From: Macrostomum lignano | Lineage: Eukaryota | Assembly (NCBI GenBank): GCA_002269645.1 | Contig: NIVC01000173.1 | Span: 682,001 to 746,000 of the forward strand | Length of the DNA stretch: 64,000 nucleotides | Reading direction: 5' to 3' | Part shown: in pieces, positions 41,301 to 53,368 of the stretch | Layout: every line of letters begins with the position of its first letter | How positions within the stretch are numbered: position 1 is the first letter of the stretch | Position numbers and translations under genes: made by a program | The notes under the pieces: model-generated | Database searches by the model: none | What the model was told of the DNA's origin: nothing | The model's input: the letters and a program-made list of their open reading frames with translations, nothing else

Positions 41301-44144
41301 TCTGTTACTGTGTAATCACCCTCTCTGTTACTGTGTAATCACCTTCACTATTACTGTGTAATCACCTTCTCTATTGCTGTGTAATCACCTTCTCTGTTGA
41401 TGTGTAATTACCACTTCTGTTACTGTGTAATAACCTTCACTATTACTGTGTAATCACCCTCTCTATTGCTGTGTAATCACCTTCTCTGTTGATGTGTAAT
41501 TACCACTTCTGTTACTGTGTAATAACCTTCACTATTACTGTGTAATCACCCTCTCTGTTGCTGTGTAATCACCTTCTCTATTACTGTGTAATCAGTCTCT
41601 CTATTACTGTGTAATCACCCCTTCTGTTACTGTGTAATCACCTTCTCTATTACTGTGTAATCACCCTCTCTATTACTGTGTAATCACCTTCTCTATTACT
41701 GTGTAATCACCCTCTCTATTACTGTGTAATCACCTTCTCTATTGCTGTGTAATCACCTTCTCTATTACTGTGTAATTACCCTCACGATTCCCATTCTCAC
41801 TGTGCAAATTTCAATGCACTCCAATCCAATCCACACCATCTCCAATCCCAAGGACTCCCAATCGAGTGTACACTTTACCGGTTGCATTTCCAACTGGCCC
41901 GACCAGATCGCTGGTGCAGACGTCGCAAACAGACTTTCCAGTCCAATCCCAATAGGGTAACGAGAAGTCCTCGGCTCCGAAGCGGCTCTTAGCAATGTTG
42001 GCGAATAGGGCCTCCGCTAGTAGAAGATAGTGCCGATGCCAGGGCAGGAACCCCGGACCTCGGTGAGCAAAGTCCAGCTGATGGCGGGACCTCGGACACG
42101 AGCCCTCTTCGCCGCCGTCCTCGCCAGCAGCTCCTTCGTCAGGCATCACCGGCTCGAGCAGGGTGCTCCTCGATGAGTACAGATGCAGATAGACTAAGAG
42201 GTCGTAGACGCTGACGTTTACGAAAGAGACTTTGTCTGGCGTAGCCGGGTCGCCATTGGCTGAGCTGCTGATGTTCAGGACGGCCCAACCGCTCGACTCG
42301 TTCTTTGATGCAACCAGAACCTTGTGGTGTTTAGCGATTGATTCTACAGTTTGAAATATTCCATAAGAAGCGAGGCAGATCGTAGCATGGTGGTCTAGCG
42401 GATTTAACCTATAATCTAAAGGACGCGAGTTCAAGTCTCACTTGTGATAGAGTTAAGTATAGTTTATATAAAATTTACGCATATAACTAACGTTCGTATT
42501 GATTGTTTGCGACAGGGGGTCAGTGGTCTATCGCGCTGAAGTCTTCAACCCGAAAGTCGCGGGTTCGAATTTAGAATGAGTAAAATTAAAGCTAGAAAAA
42601 AATTGTTAGTTTAGAAAACATGGAGCAAAAGCATAAGACATCAACACTAATTAAGCATCCACCTGTCGCAGCAGCAGTCGCTCCTCTGCGCTCATATTAA
42701 GCGCGTTTTTGCGCAATCGAGGGCGCAACGGCGCGGATTCGCCGCAGTCGGCGCCCCAGAACGCCGGCCGGCACTGGCAGGCGAAGGCGAAGAATCTCAG
42801 CTGCCAGGACAGCCGGTCGTCATTGCGCAGCTCTTCGCTGGGCGGATCTTCGTCTACAGCGGCTGTCGTTATGGCGACGCAGGCGCCGCGCTGGGGGCCG
42901 CCGCAGGGGACGGCGGAACCTTCGTGTGCGGACAAGCTGAATATAGTTACATTTGTATTGCTGGTGCACTTGGTGTTGAGATGTTAAGGCTCGGGGTGAA
43001 TTGCTGAGAAGTCGAAGCTCATGGGGGGTTGCTAGGATGCCAAGGGTCAATTGTAAGGTAGATCAATGAGTTAGGCCGTTGGTCACTGTTAGATTTTAAG
43101 GTGAGTCAACTGGTATACATGTAGGGTTAGGGTAGTTTAAGTCACTAGTGGAGTCAGTCTAGTGAAGGGTCGCTGGCAGAGTTTAGGGTATATCACTGGT
43201 AGAGTGCAGCGTATATCACTGGTAGAGTGCAGGGGATATCACTGGTAGAGTGCAGGGGATATCACTGGTAGAGTGCAGCGTATATTACTGGTAGAGTGCA
43301 GCGTATATCACTGGTAGAGTGCAGCGTATATCACTGGTAGAGTGCAGGGGATATCACTGGTAGAGTGCAGGGGATATCACTGGTAGAGTGCAGGGGATAT
43401 CACTGGTAGAGTGCAGGGGATATCACTGGTAGAGTGCAGGGAATATCACTGGTAGAGTGCAGCGTATATTACTGGTAGAGTGCAGGGGATATCACTGGTA
43501 GAGTGCAGCGTATATTACTGGTAGAGTGCAGGGGATATCACTGGTAGAGTGCAGCGTATATCACTGGTAGAGTGCAGCGTATATCACTGGTAGAGTGCAG
43601 CGTATATCACTGGTAGAGTGCAGCGTATATCACTGGTAGAGTGTAGGGAATATCAGAGGTAGAGTGCAGGGGATATCACTGGTAGAGTACAGGGTATCAC
43701 TGGTAGAGTGCAGGGGATATCACTGGTAGAGTGCAGCGTATATCACTGGTAGAGTGCAGCGTATATCACTAGTAGAGTGCAGCGTATATCACTGGTAGAG
43801 TGCAGCGTATATCACTGGTAGAGTGCAGCGTATATCACTGGTAGAGTGCAGCGTATATCACTGGTAGAGTGCAGCGTATATAACTGGTAGAGTGTAGGGA
43901 ATATCAGAGGTAGAGTGCAGGGGATATCACTGGTAGAGTACAGGGTATCACTGGTAGAGTGCAGGGGATATCACTGGTAGAGTGCAGGGGATATCACTGG
44001 TTGCTCACCTTGAGGCGCAGGGCAACACACGGCATTAGGCTGAGTAGCATTGCTCAAGCAGGCCACAGGAAACTGCCCAGCAACAGGTGCAGGGTGCAGT
44101 TGAATGGCCACAATTAACAGGTAAACAATAGATAACTGCTTCAT
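38309..44144 (-). CDS. TYR: Membrane-anchored tyrosinase / tyrosinase-related protein (signal peptide, Cys-rich EGF-like region, CuA, CuB, TM, cytosolic tail), about 617 aa
   Basis: complement(join(38309..38619,39206..39536,40782..41158,41879..42320,42663..42919,44009..44144)) = 1854 nt; the acceptors of exons 2 and 3 are the least certain. Motifs: QFPVAC..CCP, PCGG..RGAC, DDRLSW..CQC..FWGADC; CuA VYDLLVYLH, DFAHRGPGFLPWHR, LPYWDW; SFRNLLEG; CuB MHNL|VHSYM, SPNDPLFWLHHCFVD. All six metal-binding His are present. TYR versus TYRP-type specificity is not resolved. Confidence 0.9.
38860..39200. repeat. Minisatellite, 22-bp unit CCTACCCAAAACCTACCGAAAC (tyrosinase intron 5)
   Basis: Direct reading. 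Confidence 0.9.
39630..40760. repeat. Minisatellite, 21-bp unit CCCCTAAAATGGGTGTCATTG (tyrosinase intron 4)
   Basis: About 53 near-perfect units. Confidence 0.97.
41190..41780. repeat. Minisatellite, 23-bp unit TGTGTAATCACCCTCTCTGTTAC (tyrosinase intron 3)
   Basis: About 25 tandem units. Confidence 0.95.
42382..42570 (+). mobile_element. Two tRNA-like SINE-head remnants in tyrosinase intron 2 (antisense to the gene)
   Basis: 42382..42441 GTAGCATGGTGGTCTAGCGG...GAGTTCAAGTCTC and 42515..42570 GGTCAGTGGTCTATCGCG...GCGGGTTCGAAT. A and B boxes are at tRNA spacing but the stems are broken. Confidence 0.45.
43185..44000. repeat. Minisatellite, 23-bp unit TATCACTGGTAGAGTGCAG(GGGA/CGTA) (tyrosinase intron 1)
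   Basis: About 35 units running to within about 8 nt of the exon 1 donor. Confidence 0.96.
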
Positions 44145-45089
44145 TTTCAATAACAAAGAATTGTCTAAAGACAATGTCTTGAAAATCAATGCAAAATAAT
44201 AATTCTCTTCCTTAAATACGAGCCACTCATGGCCATTAGCCAGCATAACGCCCAGACCCAGGCTATTTAAACGACAGGTAACATTGCTAATAATTTGAGT
44301 GTAATTCAACACACTACTGAGTACATGTAATTAGTTTCTACTGACGTGTAGGAATCTTTTATCTAATAATTATCTGATTAGATAATAGATAGCTATACTT
44401 ATTACACCTGTCCACCGCTGACAATAGGTTTGTTAGATAGAGTCGGACTGAATTGTGACCAATCCAAATAAATCTAATTGATAATTACAGGTAATTAAGT
44501 AATTAAAAACTAAGCCCATGATTTGCTGGTTGATCAGCAGCTACATAAAACTGCGAGACACAAACAAGACAAATTTGATTACACGTAAAGGTGTTAATTA
44601 CATTCAAGGAGGGAGATAATTGGTCATGTCCAAATTTTCGCGTCAATTGATCCAAATCCGCCTCCAGTCTGCACCACACTATAAAATAAAATAGCCCGTA
44701 TATAGACGATTGAGTGGCTAAAAAATGTCCCAGTTTAGAATGCTTATAGTCTGTAGAGTCATGTGTCCGTAAAAAATCTATGAGTATATCTACTCTTTCG
44801 TTTATAGTGCATGTCAATTGGACTTGCTTTCAATTTTGCTTTATATCCTTGCATTACAGAGACCTCACTGAGCGATATGGACATCTGGGCTGTGTCCATG
44901 TCCCGATAAGAGAGTCTCGAAAAAGGCGAGTCTGAGGAGAGCCTGATGACAAACGGCAGGTACAGGGAAAGTAAATGCATGAATGCAGGAATGGGTAGTT
45001 TTGCCTCAGCGTTGGTTGTGGGACCGAAGTCGCCGAAGGCATTGCGCCAGGGTGCCCATAGCCCGGGATACAGGAGGGAGATTCAGAAG

Positions 45090-45530
45090 GGTGAAAGTAG
45101 TGAGATGCAGGGTGATACTACTAGGGAGATGCAGGGTGGTAGTAATTAGATGCAGGGTGGTAGTAATTAGATGCAGGGTGGTAGTAATTAGATGCAGGGT
45201 GATAGTAGGGAGATGTAGGGTGATACTACATGTAGGGAGATTCAGGGTGACAGTAGCGAGATGCAGGGAGTAGTGAGATGCAAGGTGATAGTAGTGAGAT
45301 CCAGGGTGATAGTAGTGAGACGCAGGGTGATAGTAGTGAGATGCAGGGTGATAATAGTGAGACGCAGGGTGATAGTAGTGAGATGCAGGGTGATAGTAGT
45401 GAGATGCAGGTAATAGTAGAGATTCAGGGTGATAGTAGTAATACATGTATTCAGGGTGATAGTAGTGAGATGCAGGGTGATAGTAGTAATACATGTATGC
45501 AGGGTGATAGTTGTGAGATGCAGGGTGACA
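45090..45530. repeat. Minisatellite, 21-bp unit GAGATGCAGGGTGATAGTAGT
   Basis: Direct reading. Confidence 0.9.
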
Positions 45531-46149
45531 AGCATTTCAATTGAAACACTGCTTCAGTGTTAATATGGCAGCACAGCAGGTGTGTAAGTGGCTCGCCTAC
45601 GGTAAGTCTAACAAAAATTCCAACTGAATTAGTAATCGTAACATAAATAACAAGCATGGCTTACATGTATACAGTTATTAGATTTGTAATTATTAACTAG
45701 CTTTACTCGTAGTACTACATGTATTTAAGGACTATATAATTACTGTATGTAAGTGCTGATTTTTGCAGACTTACATTATCTTATTTACCAAGACCAAAAA
45801 CACTATATAGATTTTAGTTGCTACAGAAGAACATATTACTGTATAAATTTTAATCAACTCTTCAAAGTTAAAAAACACGCGTGTACATTGTATTAAATTC
45901 GAAGCATTCAACAGAGCATGATAATAGATACATTCTAGTATAAGGGGCAAATATATTTGAATAATACCAGGGTAAATATAAATTCTTGTCAATTTTTTAC
46001 AAACTCCTAATTATTTTTAGCAACGCTAAATCTAAAACAAACAACATTAGAACAAATACCTATAATTTTTATTATACGCTCCTACCTGTATATTATTAAC
46101 GGGACGGGAGCACGGCAATTCACTGCCAGACATATGACTTCCTGCCTAC

Positions 46150-46570
46150 CTTTTAGGTTGGGGTTTAGGTTAATGTTTAGGTTAGGGTTTAGGTTAATGT
46201 TTAGGATAGGGTTTAGGTTAATGTTTAGGATAGGGTTTAGGTTAATGTTTAGGATAGGGTTTAGGTTGGTGTTTAGGATAGGGTTTAGGTTAATGTTTAG
46301 GATAGGGATAGATTATTGTCTAGGATAGGGATTAGGTTAATGTTTAGGATAGGGTTTAGGTTGGGGTTTAGGATAGGGTTTAGGTTGGTGTTTAGGATAG
46401 GGTTTAGGTTAATGTTTAGGATAGGGATTAGATTATTGTCTAGGATAGGGATTAGGTTAATGTTTAGGATAGAGTTTAGGTTGGGATTTAGGATAGGGTT
46501 TAGGATAGGGTTTAGGTTGGGGTTTAGGATAGGGTTTAGATTGGTTTTTAGGATGGGGTTTAGGTTTAGA
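46150..46570. repeat. Telomere-like minisatellite, 24-bp unit GGGTTTAGGTTAATGTTTAGGATA
   Basis: Built from TTTAGG hexamer variants. Confidence 0.9.
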
Positions 46571-47114
46571 ATAGTTACAATAGCTTTGGGTTAACGTTAA
46601 GCGGGTATGTTTAGGTCGTTAGTTATGGTTACAGGGTTTAGGAATTAGGATTAGGTTAAAGTTAGTTTGGGCAATAAATTTGCAGCAGCAGTCAGTTGTC
46701 GTAGGACCCTAACTGGACAATGTAGCAAGCATTTTAGTTTCGAATTGAAACAGCAAGAAAGAGCGCTTACAAACACTTGAAGAGACAAAGTAACAACAAA
46801 AAAGTGATGCCAGAGAAACTAAAAAAAGCATACAACTAACTGAATTCTCGCTGCAGAGCATCGTGACGCAATAGCAGGAAAACGGTTTGTTTTTTTAATG
46901 GCAACAAACCTACAAGATAGTTACGGACAAACGCTACTAATACAGGCTGCTTGATAAAAAGTACATGACATACTGCTGTACTTTAAAAAAGTGCTGGCAA
47001 TATAATTAAGAAGTAAGAAGAGATTCCCGCTGATTGGCATTGTTGAGACGGAGAGAGAATTTAAGCGATGTGATTTGAGTGAAACTGATAGCTGATGAGA
47101 ATTAGAGTAGTGAG

Positions 47115-47445
47115 GGAGAGATAAGGGAAGAGAGAGAGAGGAGGGTAGAGGAGAGAGGAGGGTAGAGGGAGAGAGGAGGGCAGAGGAGAGAGGATGGTAG
47201 AGGAGAGAGGATGGTAGAGGAGAGAGAGGAGGGTAGAAGAGAGAGAGGATGGTAGAGGAGAGAGGAGGGCAGAGGAGAGAGGATGGTAGAGGAGAGAGGA
47301 TGGTAGAGGAGAGAGAGGAGGGTAGAAGAGAGAGAGGATGGTAGAGGAGAGAGGAGGGCAGAGGAGAGAGGATGGTAGAGGGAGAGAGGAGGGCAGAGGA
47401 GAGAGATGAGGGTAGAAGAGAGAGGAGGGTAGAGAGAGAGAGTAG
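47115..47445. repeat. Polypurine low-complexity repeat (GGAGAGAGGATGGTAGA)n
   Basis: Direct reading. Confidence 0.9.
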
Positions 47446-48330
47446 AAGTTATTTGTGGGCATCAGCATTACACACAAAAATATAGAAATGTCACCAGAGC
47501 TACCTGGAGACACCAAAAAGCGGGAATATAATTAAACTATGCATAGTTAAGGTGCAGGTGGACAATAGAGAGCACAATTAACACAACGCACTGCCTAACG
47601 TATTACTACTTAGGTACTTTATTATCAGTTCATTTCAGTTCATCTTTCTATACGCTAAACAGACTACTTATGCACTACTTACATGGTTAACAAAGAAAAT
47701 ATTGATTATTACAGCAACTTTAATAAGTAGCCTAATATTACGTAACAGAAACAAAATGTGAAAGACAAAACACAGTTAGTTTTTAAATTGTTTTTTTTTA
47801 ACTTGATCTTATTAAAACAGACACAGTATAAGCAGACATAGTTGACAAAAGTAGGAAAACTGTAAATGAAGATTAGGTGCAAAGTTTATTGAGGGCAAGG
47901 TTATTATTGTTTTTCAAATAGCAAAACGAAACGGGATGATTATATAGGTGTACCTACCTATAAGTTTCTCTTTTATCCAAAAAAACTTACTAAAAGACAC
48001 GGACACAGCATACTTAGGTGCCAGGGGGTTAATTATTCATACAGAAGCGAGTTTGAGAGATTTATTAAAAACCAATATTTGTTATAACAGTATTTTCGCA
48101 TTTATGTGCAGGAATACGCACAATAATAACGAGTTGATTTAAGTAGCATAGTCCCGTAATTTAATCTGCAACTGCTTATAGATTTGAAAGGTCTCTGATG
48201 TAACTCAATTTACTTTGACATATAATGCACTAGATTGTTTTGGAGTCATACAGAGGCGGAAAGTCTTGTCTTTTTACAACTATTGATATTAATTTAGCAA
48301 GAAGTGGTGCTTGCATATTCGGCCTATGGT

Positions 48331-48500
48331 AACTCTGCATTGCTTCAGTTCACTCAGCTGTAAAATGGGTGCCAGCATTAGCTGGGGTAATTGAGAGAGT
48401 GGGTGGCGACCCCCACCCTCCCCAGTCATTGGACTGAACAGCCGTACGCAGCCTTCTGATGTGCCGCGCAAATAGCTGCGGCTGAGATGTCGGTTTCACA
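48331..48500 (+). mobile_element. CORE-type SINE, 5'-truncated copy
   Basis: CTCTGCATTGCTTCAGTTCACTCAGCTGTAAAATGGGTGCC resembles the MIR/CORE domain. Inverted homologue of 20479..20644. Confidence 0.65.
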
Positions 48501-48751
48501 TCAGGCCATCGGGGCAGGTGTAATCAATAATAATTACTCCTATTACAGTTTCTATGGTCATATATGAAAAAATAAGATTTCCCACTATTCAATAACTTCA
48601 AACCTATTGAATATGAGGGAATGCATTAAAAATCTATCTAGACAAAGGTAGATTCTCATACTACTAACAGTGCTACTTGTTTACAAACAACAACAACACA
48701 GGTTATATTATGTTAATGACTTGAAGAATTACTTGTCACCTGAAGAAGGTC

Positions 48752-50743
48752 TTAGTGACCGATGGTTCCACTGTTGCTGCCAGACCCGCCAGCCGCTGCT
48801 GCAGTGGATGACGAGACACAGCTCTTATAGATTGCCTCCAGGCGGGCCAGCAGATTTGTGTAATTAAATTTCGGCCGACTGTCGCCAAACGGGTCGCGCA
48901 TCTGTGTGCCGTCTTTGGCTTGGTTGCGTCGGCAGATCTCAGTGTAGTGCTGATAATAGTCCGGGAAATTGTCTTGCATCACCTGGCGAGCATTGTTGGG
49001 GTGATGGTATGCTTGGACTTGGACTATTGGCTGAATAGATTATGGGGACTGTGAATCTGATTGGGGCTTGTGTGAACGGACCAGTGAGATTGCGGGAAGG
49101 TAACCGGAGATCGTGTGTATGCTTTAGAAAACTGTGTGAATACATCAGGTTATGTGGACGCATCGAGAGATTGTGTGAATGGTCCAGGAGATTGTGGAAA
49201 CGTATATCAGATTGTGTGAATTCACCAGGAGGTCGTGTGAACGCATAAGAAGCTGTGTGAATGTACGAGTATCATAAGATTGTGTGAACAGACCAAAAGA
49301 TTGCGGTGAGGTAACCGGGGATTGTGTGAAGGCAGCAGGATGTTGTGAATGGACTAGGAAATTTCATAAACGTATCAGGAGATTGTGTTTCAATCTACTC
49401 AATTCAGAAGAGCTCAATTCAATAGAGCTAACGGACAAGTCAAGGTAAAGGTGCGCACCTGATAAAACGGCTTCGGTAGGTTGCTAACCCGGCGTTCGAG
49501 CATGTCGCAGACTGCGGCTCGAATCGTCTCGTGCGTGATAATGTCATTGTAGGCCTGGGCGTCTCCCTGCTGACGCTCCACCTGGGCAATTCATTGATGT
49601 AGCAATGCAATGTGGACCTGGGAGGCTGGCCCAGCAACTGAGGATCTGGGAGGCTGGCCCAGCAACTGAGGATCTGGGAGGCTGGCCCAGCAACTGAGGA
49701 TCTGGGAGGCTGGCCCAGCAACTGAGGATCTGGGAGGCTGGCCCAGCAACTGAGGATCTGGGAGGCTGGCCTAGCAACTGAGGATCTGAGAGGCTGGCCC
49801 AGCAACTGAGGATCTGAGAGGCTCGCCCAGCAACTGACACTCTGAGAGGTTGGCCCAGCAACTGAGGATCTGAGAGGCTGGCCCAGCAACTGACACTCTG
49901 GGAGGCTGGCCCAGCAACTGAGGATCTGGGAGACTGGCCCAGCAACTGAGGATCTGGGAGGCTGGCCCAGCAACTGACACTCTGGGAGGCTGGCCCAGCA
50001 ACTGGGGATCTGAGAGGCTGGCCCAGCAACTGACACTCTGGGAGGCTGGCCCAGCAACTGGGGATCTGAGAGGCTGGCCCAGCAACTGAGGATCTGGGAG
50101 GCTGGCCTAGCAACTGAGGATCTGAGAGGCTGGCCCAGCAGATGAGGATCTGGAAGACTAACCAGTTAGCTCAAGCTCAAGCACTATACTAATCACAGCA
50201 AGTTGTATAATTCTCAATCAATCAATAACTCACCTCAAAGCCTGGCTCATTGTGATACGGCCGCTCGTTAAGCAAAGTCTGAATGGATAGCAGGACGCTA
50301 CGCAGGCTCATTACAGGCGTCCAACCCGGTCCCTGCCAGGTGCCCAGTATGCTCAAACAAATCTTGCCATTCTTGTACAGATTCGGATTGAATCGCACCT
50401 GACCATTGCCAGTGGTAACTAGACGAGCCCTTGGCGGCTGATTGGGATACTGCGGCGGCACTCGCATGATAATGTAGAAGAAACCGCCTTCATACGGCGT
50501 CTCAAATGGGCCAGTTAGCAGAGCGTGCACTTTTCCCAAATCGGCGTCGTCTTGCACAACAAATATCCCAGGAATGGGATCGTTAAAGATTGACACTAGT
50601 TCATTTTTCACCCGGGCCAAACATGACGCCGGTAGTGGAGCATTTGGCGCAAATTCTGGGTCCCAATCGCTGCGACTTTGGGATAGGAATTTCTTAAAAT
50701 CTTGAGTCTTTTCAAAAGAGCTACTGCCGGAGCCGCTAGCCAT
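48752..50743 (-). CDS. UBE2Z: Ubiquitin-conjugating enzyme E2 Z (USE1), 3 exons, 287 aa
   Basis: complement(join(48752..48982,49459..49581,50234..50743)) = 864 nt, phase-0 introns. Motifs: [41 protein letters not shown] (catalytic Cys), PYHNEPGFE|[46 protein letters not shown], matching the recalled UBE2Z C-terminal extension. Confidence 0.95.
49040..49390. repeat. Degenerate tandem repeat, core GATTGTGTGAA (UBE2Z intron 2)
   Basis: Recurrent TTGTGTGAA motif. Confidence 0.7.
49615..50150. repeat. Minisatellite, 28-bp unit GAGGATCTGGGAGGCTGGCCCAGCAACT (UBE2Z intron 1)
   Basis: About 19 tandem units. Confidence 0.95.
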
Positions 50744-51534
50744 CAGGTGAAATTGTTTTGATTATTTAAAATTATTTAATGAACTTTGTCGCAAGCATGC
50801 AGGGGAAGGGGATGCAAACTGGAATTGTTAATAATTATTTATATACATATTAATAAGACAGATAACAAACCCGATGAAAACAGGCAAATTTCAGCGTCCC
50901 ATAATCGTTGTAGGTAACACAGGTAAAATAGGAAAGAAGTGACTCTGGATGTCACGGTACAAGTCGCCTAAGAGTCAATTTGAGGCGTTTTTTGTCTGAG
51001 ACTCTGAAACGACTCTGGGATCGTAGAGTCAGATCTGAGGCGTGCCAGAGTTGCTGTAGAGTCACTGAGTTGCGTCTAAAGTACATCTGCGTCGCCTAAT
51101 TAGAATCGAATTTCGCATTTATAACAACTCTATTTAAGTCTACTTGAGTTAGTAGAAAGTTAAGCGCTAACACAGCGACTCTTTTTACAATTCTGCAACT
51201 CACGTGACTCAACAGTTACCTCTTAGTTGTACGAGTAGTGAGTTGTTTGCTATGATTTTGTTTGCTATGATTCTTTAGCGATTCTTGTCTCAGTAGCGTT
51301 TTTAAGGGGAAAATATATTCTATAATTTAATTTATTAATGCCAATGTGAAATTAAACTGAATTAGGTGCGGTACATTCTATATACGAGCTATATACTGAG
51401 CTAACTATTCAATACTTCATACATTTCAGAGTCAATCGATCATCTTAATGTAAAAATACTGAGCTTGGTTGCTGTGGTGTCAGAGACTGTAAATGGGAAT
51501 TAGTGAGACCAGGTGGACTTGACACATCCATGAG

Positions 51535-52330
51535 TAGGGATGTCATCCCGGGGAGCACTCCCCGGGGTGTACCACCAGGGAGGCACCCCGGGGAGGTCCA
51601 TCGGGGATCCTCATCCCAGGATAAAAAAAACAATGAGCAATGAAACAATGAAAAAAGATAAGACTCTCTCCAACCTAACTATTCTACAAGCCTATTTTAA
51701 CAAAAGAATCTAATTCTATACACAGTAAGGTAACACAGTGCTTCCAGTGAAAGTAGTGTTTCAGCGAAAAATTGCCAAAGAAAACAAACATACCAAGTTA
51801 AATACATTAAGGTAAAGTCAATATCATAAAATAAATGTAAATAGATTCAATGAAATTTGAATAAATAATTGATTAGTTAAATAAGTTTCTTAGTCTCAAG
51901 TATCTAAAACTGTTGAAGATAAAATCCTAAGTGCCTGTCTGACCAAATTAGGACCATTTTATATTTTCATAGCCTTTTTCAAATACATTTGCTATATTGA
52001 TCTAAACTAATGGAAACAATGTGTGTAAGATCTGTTTCTATTGATTATGATAAGATATTTAATAAGATTGATTGATAAGATAATAAATAGTGCAGCAATG
52101 CCTTGTGTAGTTGTGTTCATATATTGTGGCCTTGAGGTCATGGATTCATGGTTTGAAAGTTTTTATATAATTTTAGTTCTTATTCTTAGTAAGTTTTTAT
52201 TATTTTGAAGTATCTGCTAGGAGATGCAAAACCTTGAAACCCCGGGGAAACCCCAAGGATTCCCTGGGAAAGGGTTCAAATTCCCCAGGGGACCCCGGGG
52301 AGTAGAAAGTCCCAGGAATTGACATCCCTA
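51535..52330. mobile_element. Non-autonomous hAT element (MITE) with Ac-like 11-bp TIRs and 8-bp TSD
   Basis: TAGGGATGTCA at 51535..51545 and TGACATCCCTA at 52320..52330. Flanks are TCCATGAG and CCCATGAG (7/8 match). CCCCGGGG subterminal palindromes at both ends; AT-rich non-coding interior. Confidence 0.8.
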
Positions 52331-53368
52331 CCCATGAGCTTAATATGGCTTGAAGAGCTCAGCTCTCATTAGCGATTTGTGACTTATCATTTGGAGCATG
52401 CTATCACTTCTTTTCTAGTCACGATATCCACGAGTACTAGTGGAGTCCCAAAATTCTGCTGAGTATCTTGAATTGCCAATTTACTACAACACACTTTACA
52501 ATCCACAGTACTAATTAAGCATTAGTCAGATAAAGCAGAGATGCTGTGAAATGGCAAAATTCCTAGTTAAAGCAATCAGATGATTATGAGATGAGTAAAT
52601 TTGATTCCTAGAAATTCTTCTTTCATGCAATACCTTTTAAAAAATGCATGTTCTTACCACTTTTATTACTTTGTGCCCCTCCCAATAAATTAAAAACATC
52701 CTCATTTCAATATTGCACCTTTAATGAGCTATAAGCGTAGTTAGCAGACTTCACAATTGAAATCTGATCTGCCACGAAGTTCTTTAATTTCTCATTTGGA
52801 TTGTGTGATTAAAATATCTACAATGCTGAGTTCTTTCTTTCTTTCTTTTGTCTACTTTGAGGACTATCTGTTGCAACCAGGGGCTACCAGTGCAAGCTTA
52901 ACCAATTATTTTTCTGGGTCTTCGAGCATTCTTAAAGACATCAAATTTACAGAAGAGAGTAGCCTTAGTGAGTTTTGTCAAGAAATCAGAGTACCATGTC
53001 TCATTCTAATGCTGTCTTAAGGTGTAAAACTTTGTGCTCTTGGGCAGTAAGATGCGCAACACTGGGCTGCAGTTACAATGTGATTGCTTTCTTAATCAAG
53101 GGCAGACCCTACCCCTTAGGGCGCAAGCAGGGATGCAAGCTTTTCCAGAACCTTGCAGGTGTTTAATGAAGATAAGCTGATGCTGATGCTGGGGAAGAAG
53201 ATCAACCTTGAAGACAGCAATTGCCTATGAACCCCCACCTGACAACCATGGTTGCAACAAAAGCAGCTGTATTTGGTGGCCTTCTGAACACTATTCACAA
53301 TGATATAGATCAGTTGTGACTAATATGATTTTTTCTACAACCCTTTGAGACATTTGTTGCATCCTTAA

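Noticed and set aside
42382-42570. Functional tRNA genes (also 22198..22267)
   Set aside because: A and B boxes are present but the acceptor and anticodon stems do not pair, so they are treated as pseudo-tRNA or SINE heads.
44940-44990. Hammerhead ribozyme core (CTGATGA...GAAA), also checked at 8705 and 24993
   Set aside because: No stem II or flanking helices can be formed.
49440-49600. Apparent RTE-type SINE tail (ACCTTTACCTT on the minus strand)
   Set aside because: The adjacent sequence is UBE2Z exon 2; the motif is just the start of intron 2.
50930-51245. GAGTC/GACTC-rich segment upstream of UBE2Z as a possible MITE
   Set aside because: No matching terminal inverted repeats or target-site duplication were found.
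52757-53300. Coding-looking fragments between the two MITEs
   Set aside because: Multiple stops in every frame and no identifiable motif. Possibly decayed transposon, but unsupported.
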